Shown here one piece after another: positions 1 to 7,551 of a stretch of 12,744 bases of DNA (position 1 is the stretch's first letter; every line of letters begins with the position of its first letter). Source of the DNA: an uncultured bacterium (GTDB lineage Bacteria; CAIJMQ01); assembly GCA_964573245.1 (NCBI GenBank), contig CAZNJA010000038.1, positions 1 through 12,744 of the forward strand, written 5' to 3'. The position numbers and the translations under genes are program-made. Below the pieces are notes generated by a model. That model worked only from the letters and a program-made list of their open reading frames with translations. It did not search any database and had not been told where the DNA came from.

Positions 1-435
1 ATACATCATAATCAGGCGGCGATATGCATCGTAAACGAATCTTTCTTCGCCGCTTTTCTTTAAAAGTCCGGGGATAGTTTTAGAGGTAAGCCCTATATTT
101 AGAACTGTTTCCATCATTCCCGGCATGGATATTCTGGCTCCTGAACGGACCGAAAAAAGAAGAGGATTTTCAGGGTTATCAAATCCCATTTTTGTAATAT
201 CTTCCACTTTTTTTAATGCTTGATTTACTTCCTCATCAAGAGTTGAAGGGTAATTACTGCTGTTTTTCATAAAATATGTGCACACATCGGTTGTAATAGT
301 AAATCCCGGAGGGACGGGCACACCCAAATTAGCCATTTCGGCTAAATTGGCGCCTTTGCCTCCTAAAAGATTCTTCATGTCAGATTTGCCGTCTGCTTTT
401 CCGCCTCCGAATGAATATACGTACTTCTCGCTCAT
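1..435 (-). CDS. ppdK: Pyruvate, phosphate dikinase, N-terminal 145 aa (runs off the left edge)
   Basis: Not in the ORF track; translated by hand from ATG at 435: MSEKYVYSFGGGKADGKSDMKNLLGGKGANLAEMANLGVPVPPGFTITTDVC...PLLFSVRSGARISMPGMMETVLNIGL...RFVYDAYRRLIMMY. LLGGKGANLAEM, VPPGFTITT and SVRSGAxxSMPGMM are PPDK signatures. Strong SD upstream. Confidence 0.97.
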   Translation of the reverse strand, partial: MSEKYVYSFGGGKADGKSDMKNLLGGKGANLAEMANLGVPVPPGFTITTDVCTYFMKNSSNYPSTLDEEVNQALKKVEDITKMGFDNPENPLLFSVRSGARISMPGMMETVLNIGLTSKTIPGLLKKSGEERFVYDAYRRLIMMY

Positions 436-444
436 CTTTATACT

Positions 445-450
445 ACCTCC
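445..450 (-). promoter_or_regulatory. Shine-Dalgarno site of ppdK (GGAGGT)
   Basis: Plus-strand ACCTCC at 445-450 reads GGAGGT on the minus strand, 9 nt before the ATG at 435. Confidence 0.8.
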
Positions 451-471
451 ATTATTTAACGTTAATACAAC

Positions 472-549
472 TAACGGTTATAGGTTTTTGGTTTTTGGAA
501 AGAATCTTATCGTTTTCGATAACCGCTAACCGAATAGTGAAAACCGTTA
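472..549. repeat. Intergenic imperfect inverted repeat built from 7-nt periodic units
   Basis: Outer 8-bp arms TAACGGTT (472-479) and AACCGTTA (542-549). Inner perfect hairpin TTATCG-TTTT-CGATAA (507-522). On the minus strand the heptads read CGGTTTT/CACTATT/CGGTTAG/CGGTTAT followed by CCAAAAA/CCAAAAA/CCTATAA/CCGTTAG. Confidence 0.55.
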
Positions 550-562
550 TTTATTTTGTTGA

Positions 563-1927
563 TTATTTCACTTTTGGTAAATCTTTAAGCGCTTCTTCTA
601 TCTTTTCCTTAGGATAAGTATAATCCTTCAACTTACCTGTCAGATATGCCTCGTATGCTGCCATATCAACGTGTCCATGTCCGCTATGAGCCAACAGTAT
701 GGTCTTTGACTCGCCGGATTCTTTGCATTTAAGCGCTTCGTCAATGGTTGTTTTGATGGCATGGTTTGTTTCGGGTGCACTAATAATACCTTCAGTCCTG
801 GCAAAATTTATCCCAGCTTTAAATGTAGCGAGCTGGTGTTCAGCGCGCGCTTCTACTAATCCTAAATTATGGAGATGACATATGATAGGTGCCATTCCAT
901 GATAACGTAGTCCACCTGCATGAACGGGGGCTGGAATGAAAGTATGTCCCAATGTGTTCATTTTAAGCAGTGGAGTAAGCCCGGCTTCATCTCCGAAATC
1001 ATAAGTGTAAGGGCCTTTAGTCAATGTAGGACAACTTGCAGGTTCCACATTTATTATGCGCAGGTTTGGTTTTGTCCCGTCAATTTTATCTTTTATGAAG
1101 GGCAGATACATTCCTGCAAAATTTGAACCGCCGCCGACACATCCGATAATGATATCAGGGTATACATTTGCCATTTCCATTTGTTTCTTTGTTTCCAGCC
1201 CGACAACTGTTTGGTGCAATAGAACATGATTGAGTACACTGCCGAGCGAATAATGAGTATCGTCATGAGTTGCGGCATCTTCTACAGCTTCGCTTATAGC
1301 CAAACCTAAACTACCTGGGCAATTGGGGTCTTTTTTAAGCATTGCTCTACCTGCGTTAGTATCGGGACTGGGACTTGGAATACATTTACCACCCCATGTT
1401 TCCATCATAATCCTGCGATATGGTTTTTGATGGTAGCTGATAGCAACCATATAGACTTTGATTTCCATACCAAAACAAGCACCGCTAAACGATAGTGCGC
1501 TTCCCCATTGTCCTGCTCCGGTCTCGGTAGTTATACGTTTTATTCCTTCTTTTTTGTTGTAGTAGGCCTGCGCTACTGCAGTATTGGGTTTGTGGCTTCC
1601 GGGTGGACTGGTGCCCTCGTATTTATAGAAAATTTTAGCGGGTGTACCCAATACTTTTTCTAATCTATGTGCACGGAATAAAGTAGTAGGTCTCCATAAA
1701 CGATAAATATCGCGCACTTCTTCCGGGATATCTATCCATCTTTCAGTGCTTACTTCCTGTTTAATTAGTTCCATTGGGAAAAGGGGTGCTAAATCATCGG
1801 GTGTCACGGGTTTGCCTGTGGCGGGATGAAGCACTGGGGGAAGAGGTTCCGGCAAATCAGCTTGAATGTTATACCAGCGTTTCGGTATATCTTTTTCTTC
1901 AAGTAAAAACTTTGTCCTTTTTTCCAT
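563..1927 (-). CDS. trpB2: Tryptophan synthase beta chain, TrpB2 type (stand-alone PLP enzyme), 454 aa
   Basis: PLP-lysine motif [41 protein letters not shown], and the TrpB2-type N-terminus [18 protein letters not shown]. No trpA adjacent. Confidence 0.95.
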   Translation of the reverse strand: MEKRTKFLLEEKDIPKRWYNIQADLPEPLPPVLHPATGKPVTPDDLAPLFPMELIKQEVSTERWIDIPEEVRDIYRLWRPTTLFRAHRLEKVLGTPAKIFYKYEGTSPPGSHKPNTAVAQAYYNKKEGIKRITTETGAGQWGSALSFSGACFGMEIKVYMVAISYHQKPYRRIMMETWGGKCIPSPSPDTNAGRAMLKKDPNCPGSLGLAISEAVEDAATHDDTHYSLGSVLNHVLLHQTVVGLETKKQMEMANVYPDIIIGCVGGGSNFAGMYLPFIKDKIDGTKPNLRIINVEPASCPTLTKGPYTYDFGDEAGLTPLLKMNTLGHTFIPAPVHAGGLRYHGMAPIICHLHNLGLVEARAEHQLATFKAGINFARTEGIISAPETNHAIKTTIDEALKCKESGESKTILLAHSGHGHVDMAAYEAYLTGKLKDYTYPKEKIEEALKDLPKVK

Positions 1928-1933
1928 AAGTTT

Positions 1934-1940
1934 CTCCTTT
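1934..1940 (-). promoter_or_regulatory. Shine-Dalgarno site of trpB2 (AAAGGAG)
   Basis: Plus-strand CTCCTTT at 1934-1940, 6 nt before the ATG at 1927. Confidence 0.8.
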
Positions 1941-2001
1941 TTAAATTTGTTCGTTTTTTCTCATACAAAAGAGAGTGAATCAAACGAAGTGAGTGTTTAA
2001 C

Positions 2002-3306
2002 TTACGATAGATTGTTTTTTAAATATTCCTTTAATTTGTCTATGTTTATTCGCTCTTGTTTCATTGTATCTCGTTCTCTAACCGTAACTTTTTTGTCTTC
2101 CAGCGATTGCACGTCTACTGTTACACAGAAAGGAGTTCCAACTTCGTCTTGTCTTCTGTAAAGTTTGCCGATAGCCCCGGTGTCGTCATAAACACTGACA
2201 AAAACCTTCTTTAAATCCCGTGCTATTTCTTTCGCCAATCCCACGATTTCAGGGCGGTTCCTTAAAAGCGGTAGTACCGCTACTTTTATCGGTGATAAAT
2301 CATTGTGCAACTTTAAAACCACACGCAAATCATTTTTTACTTTTTCTTCATGGTAGGCGTCAACCAGAAATGCCAATACGGTTCTATCTACACCGCCAGA
2401 TGGTTCGATAATATAAGGATAAATTTTTTCCTTTTTTACATCGTCGAAATATCGCAAATCCTTGCCGCTATATTTTGAGTGTTGTTTCAGATCGAAGTCA
2501 GTCCGATTGGCGATTCCTTCCAGTTCGCTCCAGCCAAAAGGGAAATTGTATTCTATATCTGTGCATGCTTTTGCGTAATGCGCCAACTCGTCTTTCCCGT
2601 GCGGACGTTTACGCAAATTGTCTTTATTTATTCCCCAATTTATATACCAATTAAAACGTTTCTCAATCCACTCTTCTAATTTTTTATCTGCTTCATTAGG
2701 ATATGTGAAATATTCTATTTCCATCTGCTCGAATTCGCGCGTCCTGAAGATAAAGTTCCCCGGTGTAATTTCATTACGGAAAGCTTTTCCTATTTGCGCT
2801 AATCCAAAAGGAAGTTTCGGGTGTCTCGAGTCTAAAATGTTCAAAAAATTAACAAACATTCCTTGTGCTGTCTCCGGACGCAAATAAGTTATATTGGATT
2901 TATCGGTAGCAGAGCCGTAACTTAACTCAAACATCAGATTGAATGATTTGGGTTCGGTTAGCTCTCCGCCGCATTCGGGACATTTCTTTTTGTCTTGTAA
3001 GTCCGCAACCTTAAAACGTTTCTTGCAGGACTTGCAGTCGCTTTTTAAATCGAAAAAATTGTTTATATGTCCCGACGCTTCCCAAACTTTCGGATGCATC
3101 AAAATCGCCGTATCCATTCCCATTACATCATCGCGCTCGTACACTACCGATTTCCACCAAGCGCGTTTGACATTGTTTTTTAACTCTACGCCATAAGGGC
3201 CGTAATCCCATGTATTTGCCAAACCGCCGTATATATCGGAGGATTGGAAAATAAGCCCCCGGCGCTTGCAAAGAGAAACCACTTTATCCATTAGGTTTTC
3301 GAGCAT
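2002..3306 (-). CDS. glyQS: Glycine--tRNA ligase, homodimeric (alpha2) type, 434 aa
   Basis: LCKRRGLIFQSSDIYGG, WDYGPYGVELKNN, YLRPETAQG, motif 2 GKAFRNEITPGNFIFRTREFEQMEIE, ELEGIANRTDFDL, motif 3 PYIIEPSGGVDR, anticodon-binding domain IGKLYRRQDEVGTPFCVTVD, and a compact CxxC...CxxC insertion. Confidence 0.97.
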   Translation of the reverse strand: MLENLMDKVVSLCKRRGLIFQSSDIYGGLANTWDYGPYGVELKNNVKRAWWKSVVYERDDVMGMDTAILMHPKVWEASGHINNFFDLKSDCKSCKKRFKVADLQDKKKCPECGGELTEPKSFNLMFELSYGSATDKSNITYLRPETAQGMFVNFLNILDSRHPKLPFGLAQIGKAFRNEITPGNFIFRTREFEQMEIEYFTYPNEADKKLEEWIEKRFNWYINWGINKDNLRKRPHGKDELAHYAKACTDIEYNFPFGWSELEGIANRTDFDLKQHSKYSGKDLRYFDDVKKEKIYPYIIEPSGGVDRTVLAFLVDAYHEEKVKNDLRVVLKLHNDLSPIKVAVLPLLRNRPEIVGLAKEIARDLKKVFVSVYDDTGAIGKLYRRQDEVGTPFCVTVDVQSLEDKKVTVRERDTMKQERINIDKLKEYLKNNLS

Positions 3307-3326
3307 GATTAATTTAATTAAGAGGG

Positions 3327-3355
3327 ATTATATCTTAAAAATATTTTGCTCCCAA
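3327..3355 (-). promoter_or_regulatory. Putative sigma70-type promoter for glyQS
   Basis: Minus strand TTGGGA (3355-3350), 17-nt spacer GCAAAATATTTTTAAGA, then perfect TATAAT (3332-3327). The -10 ends 20 nt before the glyQS ATG; the -35 lies inside the heptosyltransferase gene. Confidence 0.6.
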
Positions 3356-4360
3356 ATTTTCTATTTTCTGCATTACTTCTTCGACTTGTATAGAGTCCAT
3401 GCATTCGTTGGTTTTATTTTTGCAGGTTCTTTTCCAGCATGGAGAGCATGGTAATGTGTGATAAATAATTTCTTTCTTTTCGGTAAGGGGGGCATTTCTA
3501 TTCGGCGAGGTGGGTCCGTAAAGACCAACGACCGGAAGTCCTAAAGCGGCGGCTAAATGTAGCGGACCTGTATCTCCGCCAATAGCCATGGAACATCTTT
3601 TTAATAAGGAAACAAGTTGAGATACCGTGCTTTGAGGCGCAATTAGAAGTTTACCCGCAGCCATTTGGTTTATTTTTTGTGCTTTTTCTTTTTCGGCTTC
3701 TTCCACGCCCCAAACAAGCATTACTTTCCAGTTTTTCTTTGCACCGAGAATCCTTCCAAGTTGTGCAAATCTTTCTGCTTTCCAAGTTTTATTCTCCCAG
3801 CCGGTGCTTTGAATTAAAGCGATTAATTTTTCTCCCGGCAGGATACCGTTGCGTTGAAAGTATTGGCTGGTATATTCTTGTGCTGAAGGTTTTTCTACGA
3901 ATGGGAATTCTATTATTTTTTCTGCTTTTAGATGTTCCGCGAAATCCAAATACTTTCCGACTATATTGACGCTTGGCGTGGGGGCTTTTATGTTCAAAAA
4001 GAAAAACTGGTTCTCTTTTGCTTCTTCTTTTGAAAACCCCCATCTTTGGGGCGCTTTGGAAAGATATGCGACAAGGCCTGTTCTGAATAATCCCTGAAGT
4101 TCAAGAACTATATCAAATCTTTTGTCTCTTATATCTTTTGCGAATCTCCAAAAACCGCGTTCTTTCCATATTATGACTTCGTCCAAATAAGGGTTTTGTT
4201 CTAAAAGTTCTGCGAATTTTTCCTTTACTCCCCATGCTATGAATCTATTCGGAAACGATTTCCTTAAAGAAGCAAGCAACGGCAAAGCATGCACGATATC
4301 GCCTAATGCCGAAGGCTTGAGTATAAGTATCCGTGTTTGGTCGGTTTTTAAAGGGCTCAT
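3335..4360 (-). CDS. Glycosyltransferase family 9, ADP-heptose:LPS heptosyltransferase (WaaC/WaaF-like), 341 aa
   Basis: N-terminal RILILKPSALGDIVHALP, FDIVLELQGLFRT, KTWKAERF, GGDTGPLHLAAALGLPVVGLYGPT, and a C-terminal Cys cluster CSPCWKRTCKNKTNECM. I cannot distinguish WaaC from WaaF. Confidence 0.9.
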   Translation of the reverse strand: MSPLKTDQTRILILKPSALGDIVHALPLLASLRKSFPNRFIAWGVKEKFAELLEQNPYLDEVIIWKERGFWRFAKDIRDKRFDIVLELQGLFRTGLVAYLSKAPQRWGFSKEEAKENQFFFLNIKAPTPSVNIVGKYLDFAEHLKAEKIIEFPFVEKPSAQEYTSQYFQRNGILPGEKLIALIQSTGWENKTWKAERFAQLGRILGAKKNWKVMLVWGVEEAEKEKAQKINQMAAGKLLIAPQSTVSQLVSLLKRCSMAIGGDTGPLHLAAALGLPVVGLYGPTSPNRNAPLTEKKEIIYHTLPCSPCWKRTCKNKTNECMDSIQVEEVMQKIENLGAKYF

Positions 4361-4366
4361 AATATT

Positions 4367-5092
4367 TTATAATTTTTCCAACGGGCGGAAATTTCCTGTG
4401 CTTATTTTAGGACTTTCTCTTTTCGCTGTCCAGCGGACAGCGTTGTAAATTACTTTTAAAATGTCTTTATGATAATAAATAGGGTAAGTTTCATGTCCTG
4501 GGCTGAAGTAGAAAATTCTGCCTTTACCGCGATAAAAGCAACATCCGCTTCTAAATATTTCGCCGCCTTCAAACCAACTTAAAAATACTAGTTCGTCGGG
4601 ATTTGGTATATCAAAATGCTCTCCATACATTTCGGAACGTTCAATCTCTACATATTCTCCTATACTTTCTGCAATAGGATGAGCAGGGTTGAGCACCCAT
4701 AATCTTTCCCTTTCATCCGCTTCTCGCCATTTTGACGTGCAAGTCGTTCCCATTAATTTTTTGAATATTTTCGATAATTTTGCGGAGTGCAAAACTATAA
4801 GTCCCATTCCTTCCAAAACATGTTTATAAACTCTTTCTACTATTTCGTCTTTCACATCGTTTTGGGCTATATGTCCCCACCATATCAAAACATCCGTGTT
4901 TTTCAAAATTTTCTCGCCAAGCCCATGTTCCGTTTCATCAAGTATAGCAGTGCGAACTTTTAATTCTTTGTATTTTTTTAGGTAATCGGCGATAACAGAG
5001 TGTATACCCTTGGGATATAGTTTGATTACATCCTTGTCCTTTTTTTCGTGGATATATTCATTCCAAACGATTACTTTAATATGTTTTTTCAT
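4367..5092 (-). CDS. thuA: ThuA-like (trehalose utilization) protein, class I glutamine amidotransferase-like fold, 241 aa
   Basis: [72 protein letters not shown] and [13 protein letters not shown] match the ThuA family pattern. Confidence 0.9.
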   Translation of the reverse strand: MKKHIKVIVWNEYIHEKKDKDVIKLYPKGIHSVIADYLKKYKELKVRTAILDETEHGLGEKILKNTDVLIWWGHIAQNDVKDEIVERVYKHVLEGMGLIVLHSAKLSKIFKKLMGTTCTSKWREADERERLWVLNPAHPIAESIGEYVEIERSEMYGEHFDIPNPDELVFLSWFEGGEIFRSGCCFYRGKGRIFYFSPGHETYPIYYHKDILKVIYNAVRWTAKRESPKISTGNFRPLEKL

Positions 5093-5120
5093 GTGTTTTT
5101 CATAGCGCGCGGGGCCAAGA

Positions 5121-6104
5121 TCAGCGGGATAAAGCTTCTTTTAATTCTTTTGCCGTAACGGTAGATGCGCCCATTTTCATTACCACTAAACCTGCGGCGT
5201 AATTTGCAAGTCGGGCTGCATCATATCCGTTTGCGCCGCAACTCATAGCCAAAGCGATTACGCTGGCGACTGTATCTCCTGCGCCTGTTACGTCTATAAC
5301 TTCGTTGGTTCCGTATATCGGGATATGCAAAGGTTTTTTGTTTTGGATGAAAACATCCATTCCTTTTTTACCTCTTGTGAGAATCAGGATTTTGGGATTT
5401 GATTCGTGTAGTATTTTTTTTGCGATATGGTTGGTGCCCTCGGGACTCATGTCAAAAACATTTGCCGCTTCTTCTTCGTTTGGAGTGAGAACCGTAGCGT
5501 TTTTGAATTTAAGCAGGTCGAATCTCGAATCGACGATGATGGGGATATTGTTTTTGGATAATTTTTGGGCGATTTTATTGTAAGTTTTATGGTTTACCGC
5601 TCCGTATGAATAGTCCGATATCAAAACTGCGTCCACAGAATCTTTTACGCTTAGAAAATATTCCCAGAAGATGTCTTGGGTTTTATCAGTGCCAGCCCTT
5701 ATTTTTTCGCCGCTATCTATCCTTATTACTTGTTGTTTCGGACGGTCAATGCCGCCTGCCATTATTCTTATTTTGGTAATAGTGGAGAATTTTTTGTTTG
5801 TATAAATGCAGGTTGTGTCTATTCCTTTTTTCTTAAGTAAAGCGGCTAATTTTTCGCCTTGCTCGTCTTCTCCCACTACTCCCATTATTTTTACTTTTGC
5901 TCCTAACGATGCAAGATTGTTTGCTGCGTTTGCAGCACCCCCGGGGCGATATTCACTTCCGCTTTTCTTTAATATAAGAACAGGTGCTTCACGAGAAATT
6001 CTGGATACATCGCCATATATATATTCGTCGCAAACAATGTCGCCCCATACCAGGATTTTTTTACCTTTTATTTCCTCGAGAGTTTCAAGAAGTCGCTTGT
6101 TCAT
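5121..6104 (-). CDS. D-glycero-D-manno-heptose-7-phosphate kinase (RfaE/HldE domain I only, PfkB family), 327 aa
   Basis: [63 protein letters not shown], and the PfkB signature DVTGAGDTV. No fused adenylyltransferase (HIGH-like) domain. Confidence 0.88.
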   Translation of the reverse strand: MNKRLLETLEEIKGKKILVWGDIVCDEYIYGDVSRISREAPVLILKKSGSEYRPGGAANAANNLASLGAKVKIMGVVGEDEQGEKLAALLKKKGIDTTCIYTNKKFSTITKIRIMAGGIDRPKQQVIRIDSGEKIRAGTDKTQDIFWEYFLSVKDSVDAVLISDYSYGAVNHKTYNKIAQKLSKNNIPIIVDSRFDLLKFKNATVLTPNEEEAANVFDMSPEGTNHIAKKILHESNPKILILTRGKKGMDVFIQNKKPLHIPIYGTNEVIDVTGAGDTVASVIALAMSCGANGYDAARLANYAAGLVVMKMGASTVTAKELKEALSR

Positions 6105-6153
6105 TTTTTACATGTATGCCGATATGCCGTTTTTATTTTTGTTTTTCTTTTAG

Positions 6154-7515
6154 TTATTTTTCTATGCTGTCGGGGATTATGTTGTTTACATAGTTAAGAG
6201 CTTTTTGATGTGTCGGCTCTAAAGATAAAATCTCCAGAAACAGAGCTTTTGCTTCATTGAGTTTGTTCTGCCTATATAATGAAACAGCTTCTTTATATAA
6301 AGAGTCTATCTTTCTTTTTTGTTCAAGTTCTTTTTCTCTTTGTATTCGTTCTTCTGCCTTTTTTTGTTCCATCTCTTGCTGTTCCTTTTGTTTTTCCATA
6401 TCTTTGGTTATACGGGCAAGATAATAGTCTGTTCTGGAATAATGAGGGATTAGTTTGGCTGCCTGCATCAATTTTGCCTGGGCTTTGATATATTCTTTTT
6501 CACGGTAAAGAGAAAGGCCTTCTTTATACAAAGCCATTGCCTGTTCATTAAGCATTTGTTCTTTTGCTTTTGCCTCAGCCTCTAATTTTTTTTGCCTTGC
6601 TTCTGCTTCCTTTTTGCGAGCTGATTCTTCCTCTTTTTGTTTCTGTTCTTTTTCTTGCTGGATGATTTTTAATGTTCGGGCAAAATAATAATCGGTATTG
6701 GCATAATGCGGAATCAGTTTAGCTGTCTGTGCGAATTTAACCTTTGCCTGTTCGTAATTCTTTGCCTTGTAAAGCGAAACGGCTTCATTATAGGTTGCTT
6801 TTGCCTGCTCGTTCAGCAACCGTTTCTTTTCTTCTATTTTGGCTTCAAGTATTTTTTGCTTTTCTTCTTCCGCCTTTTGACGAGCTAATTTTTTTTCTTT
6901 CTGAATATTCTCAGCCGTTTGGACAAGGTAATGATCGGTTCTTGCATAGTGCGGAATTAGATTAGCTGTTTGTTCGAATTTAACCTTTGCCTGTTCGTAA
7001 TTTTTTGCCCTGTAAAGCGAAATGGCTTCATTGTAGGTTGCTTTTGCCTGCTCGTTAAGCAATCGTTCTTTTTCTTTCGCTTCGGCTTGAAGTATTTTTT
7101 GCTTTTCTTCTTCTTCCTTTTTGCGCGCCCGTTCTTCTTCTATCGCCTTTTTCTCGGCTGCTTTGATGTGATCCCTCATTGAGGGGTCTTTACTAATTTT
7201 TAATGCTGCTTGCCATTCCGACTGGGCTTCTTTTAGTTTGCCCTCTTTATAAAGTTGATTGCCTCTTTCGAAATGTTCTCTTATTTTGGTTTCATTTTCT
7301 TGCTGTTTTATTTTTTCTTCTACTTTTTTTAGGCTTTGTTCGGTTTTTTCCAATAATTCTTTTAGGTTATAGGTATATCCCTTCATCTGGGGTGAATATT
7401 GGTATTCTGAATCATCCGCTTCGGCGGAAAAGGCAAAATTTGCGCAAACCAAACCTAAACAAAGACATATCACCAAATAAACTGGATATTTAGCTTTTAA
7501 TCTTAATTTGTGCAT
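6154..7515 (-). CDS. Secreted/periplasmic TPR-like repeat protein with E/K-rich helical spacers, 453 aa
   Basis: Signal-peptide-like N-terminus MHKLRLKAKYPVYLVICLCLGLVCANFAFSA. Five TPR-like helical hairpins (e.g. YNEAISLYRAKNYEQAKVKFEQTANLIPHY) separated by highly charged E/K/Q/R helices. G-rich SD-like AAGGGGGG at 7527-7520. Confidence 0.85.
   Translation of the reverse strand: MHKLRLKAKYPVYLVICLCLGLVCANFAFSAEADDSEYQYSPQMKGYTYNLKELLEKTEQSLKKVEEKIKQQENETKIREHFERGNQLYKEGKLKEAQSEWQAALKISKDPSMRDHIKAAEKKAIEEERARKKEEEEKQKILQAEAKEKERLLNEQAKATYNEAISLYRAKNYEQAKVKFEQTANLIPHYARTDHYLVQTAENIQKEKKLARQKAEEEKQKILEAKIEEKKRLLNEQAKATYNEAVSLYKAKNYEQAKVKFAQTAKLIPHYANTDYYFARTLKIIQQEKEQKQKEEESARKKEAEARQKKLEAEAKAKEQMLNEQAMALYKEGLSLYREKEYIKAQAKLMQAAKLIPHYSRTDYYLARITKDMEKQKEQQEMEQKKAEERIQREKELEQKRKIDSLYKEAVSLYRQNKLNEAKALFLEILSLEPTHQKALNYVNNIIPDSIEK
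6427..7113 (-). repeat. Intragenic tandem repeats (243-bp and 264-bp periods) in the TPR protein
   Basis: 6691-6870 and 6934-7113 align without gaps at offset 243 nt (81 aa), with about 22 mismatches in 180 nt by hand count. A more diverged third copy starts near 6427 (offset 264 nt, 88 aa). All three end in LIPHYxxTDxY. Confidence 0.9.
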
Positions 7516-7551
7516 GAATCCCCCCTTATAATGGTTTTTATATATTTTTTC

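Noticed and set aside
456-465. Perfect palindrome TTAACGTTAA upstream of the ppdK SD as an operator
   Set aside because: A single 10-bp AT-rich palindrome is expected by chance in a window this size. I noticed no second copy and there is no regulator gene here.
507-522. Hairpin as an intrinsic terminator for trpB2
   Set aside because: The 6-bp stem is AT-rich and is followed on the minus strand by GATTCTTT rather than a clean U-tract. Too weak to call.
278-617. Plus-strand ORFs 278..529 and 411..617
   Set aside because: Antisense shadows of ppdK, the spacer and the trpB2 end. The minus frame carries unmistakable PPDK motifs and an SD.
6114-6129. Tandem 8-mer GTATGCCG/ATATGCCG upstream of the heptose kinase
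   Set aside because: Only two imperfect copies and no other support for a binding site.
6427-7113. Direct repeats as a CRISPR array or mobile element
   Set aside because: Periods are multiples of three (243 and 264 nt), in frame within a protein, with no short repeat-spacer structure and no cas or transposase gene.
7441-7515. Lipoprotein signal in the TPR protein (Cys residues in the signal region)
   Set aside because: None of the cysteines sits in a canonical L-[AS]-[GA]-C lipobox. AFS/A fits signal peptidase I better.
7527-7532. TATAAT in the spacer between the giant gene and the TPR gene
   Set aside because: It is on the plus strand, opposite to all genes, in a very AT-rich spacer. It cannot serve the minus-strand genes and there is no evidence for an antisense transcript.
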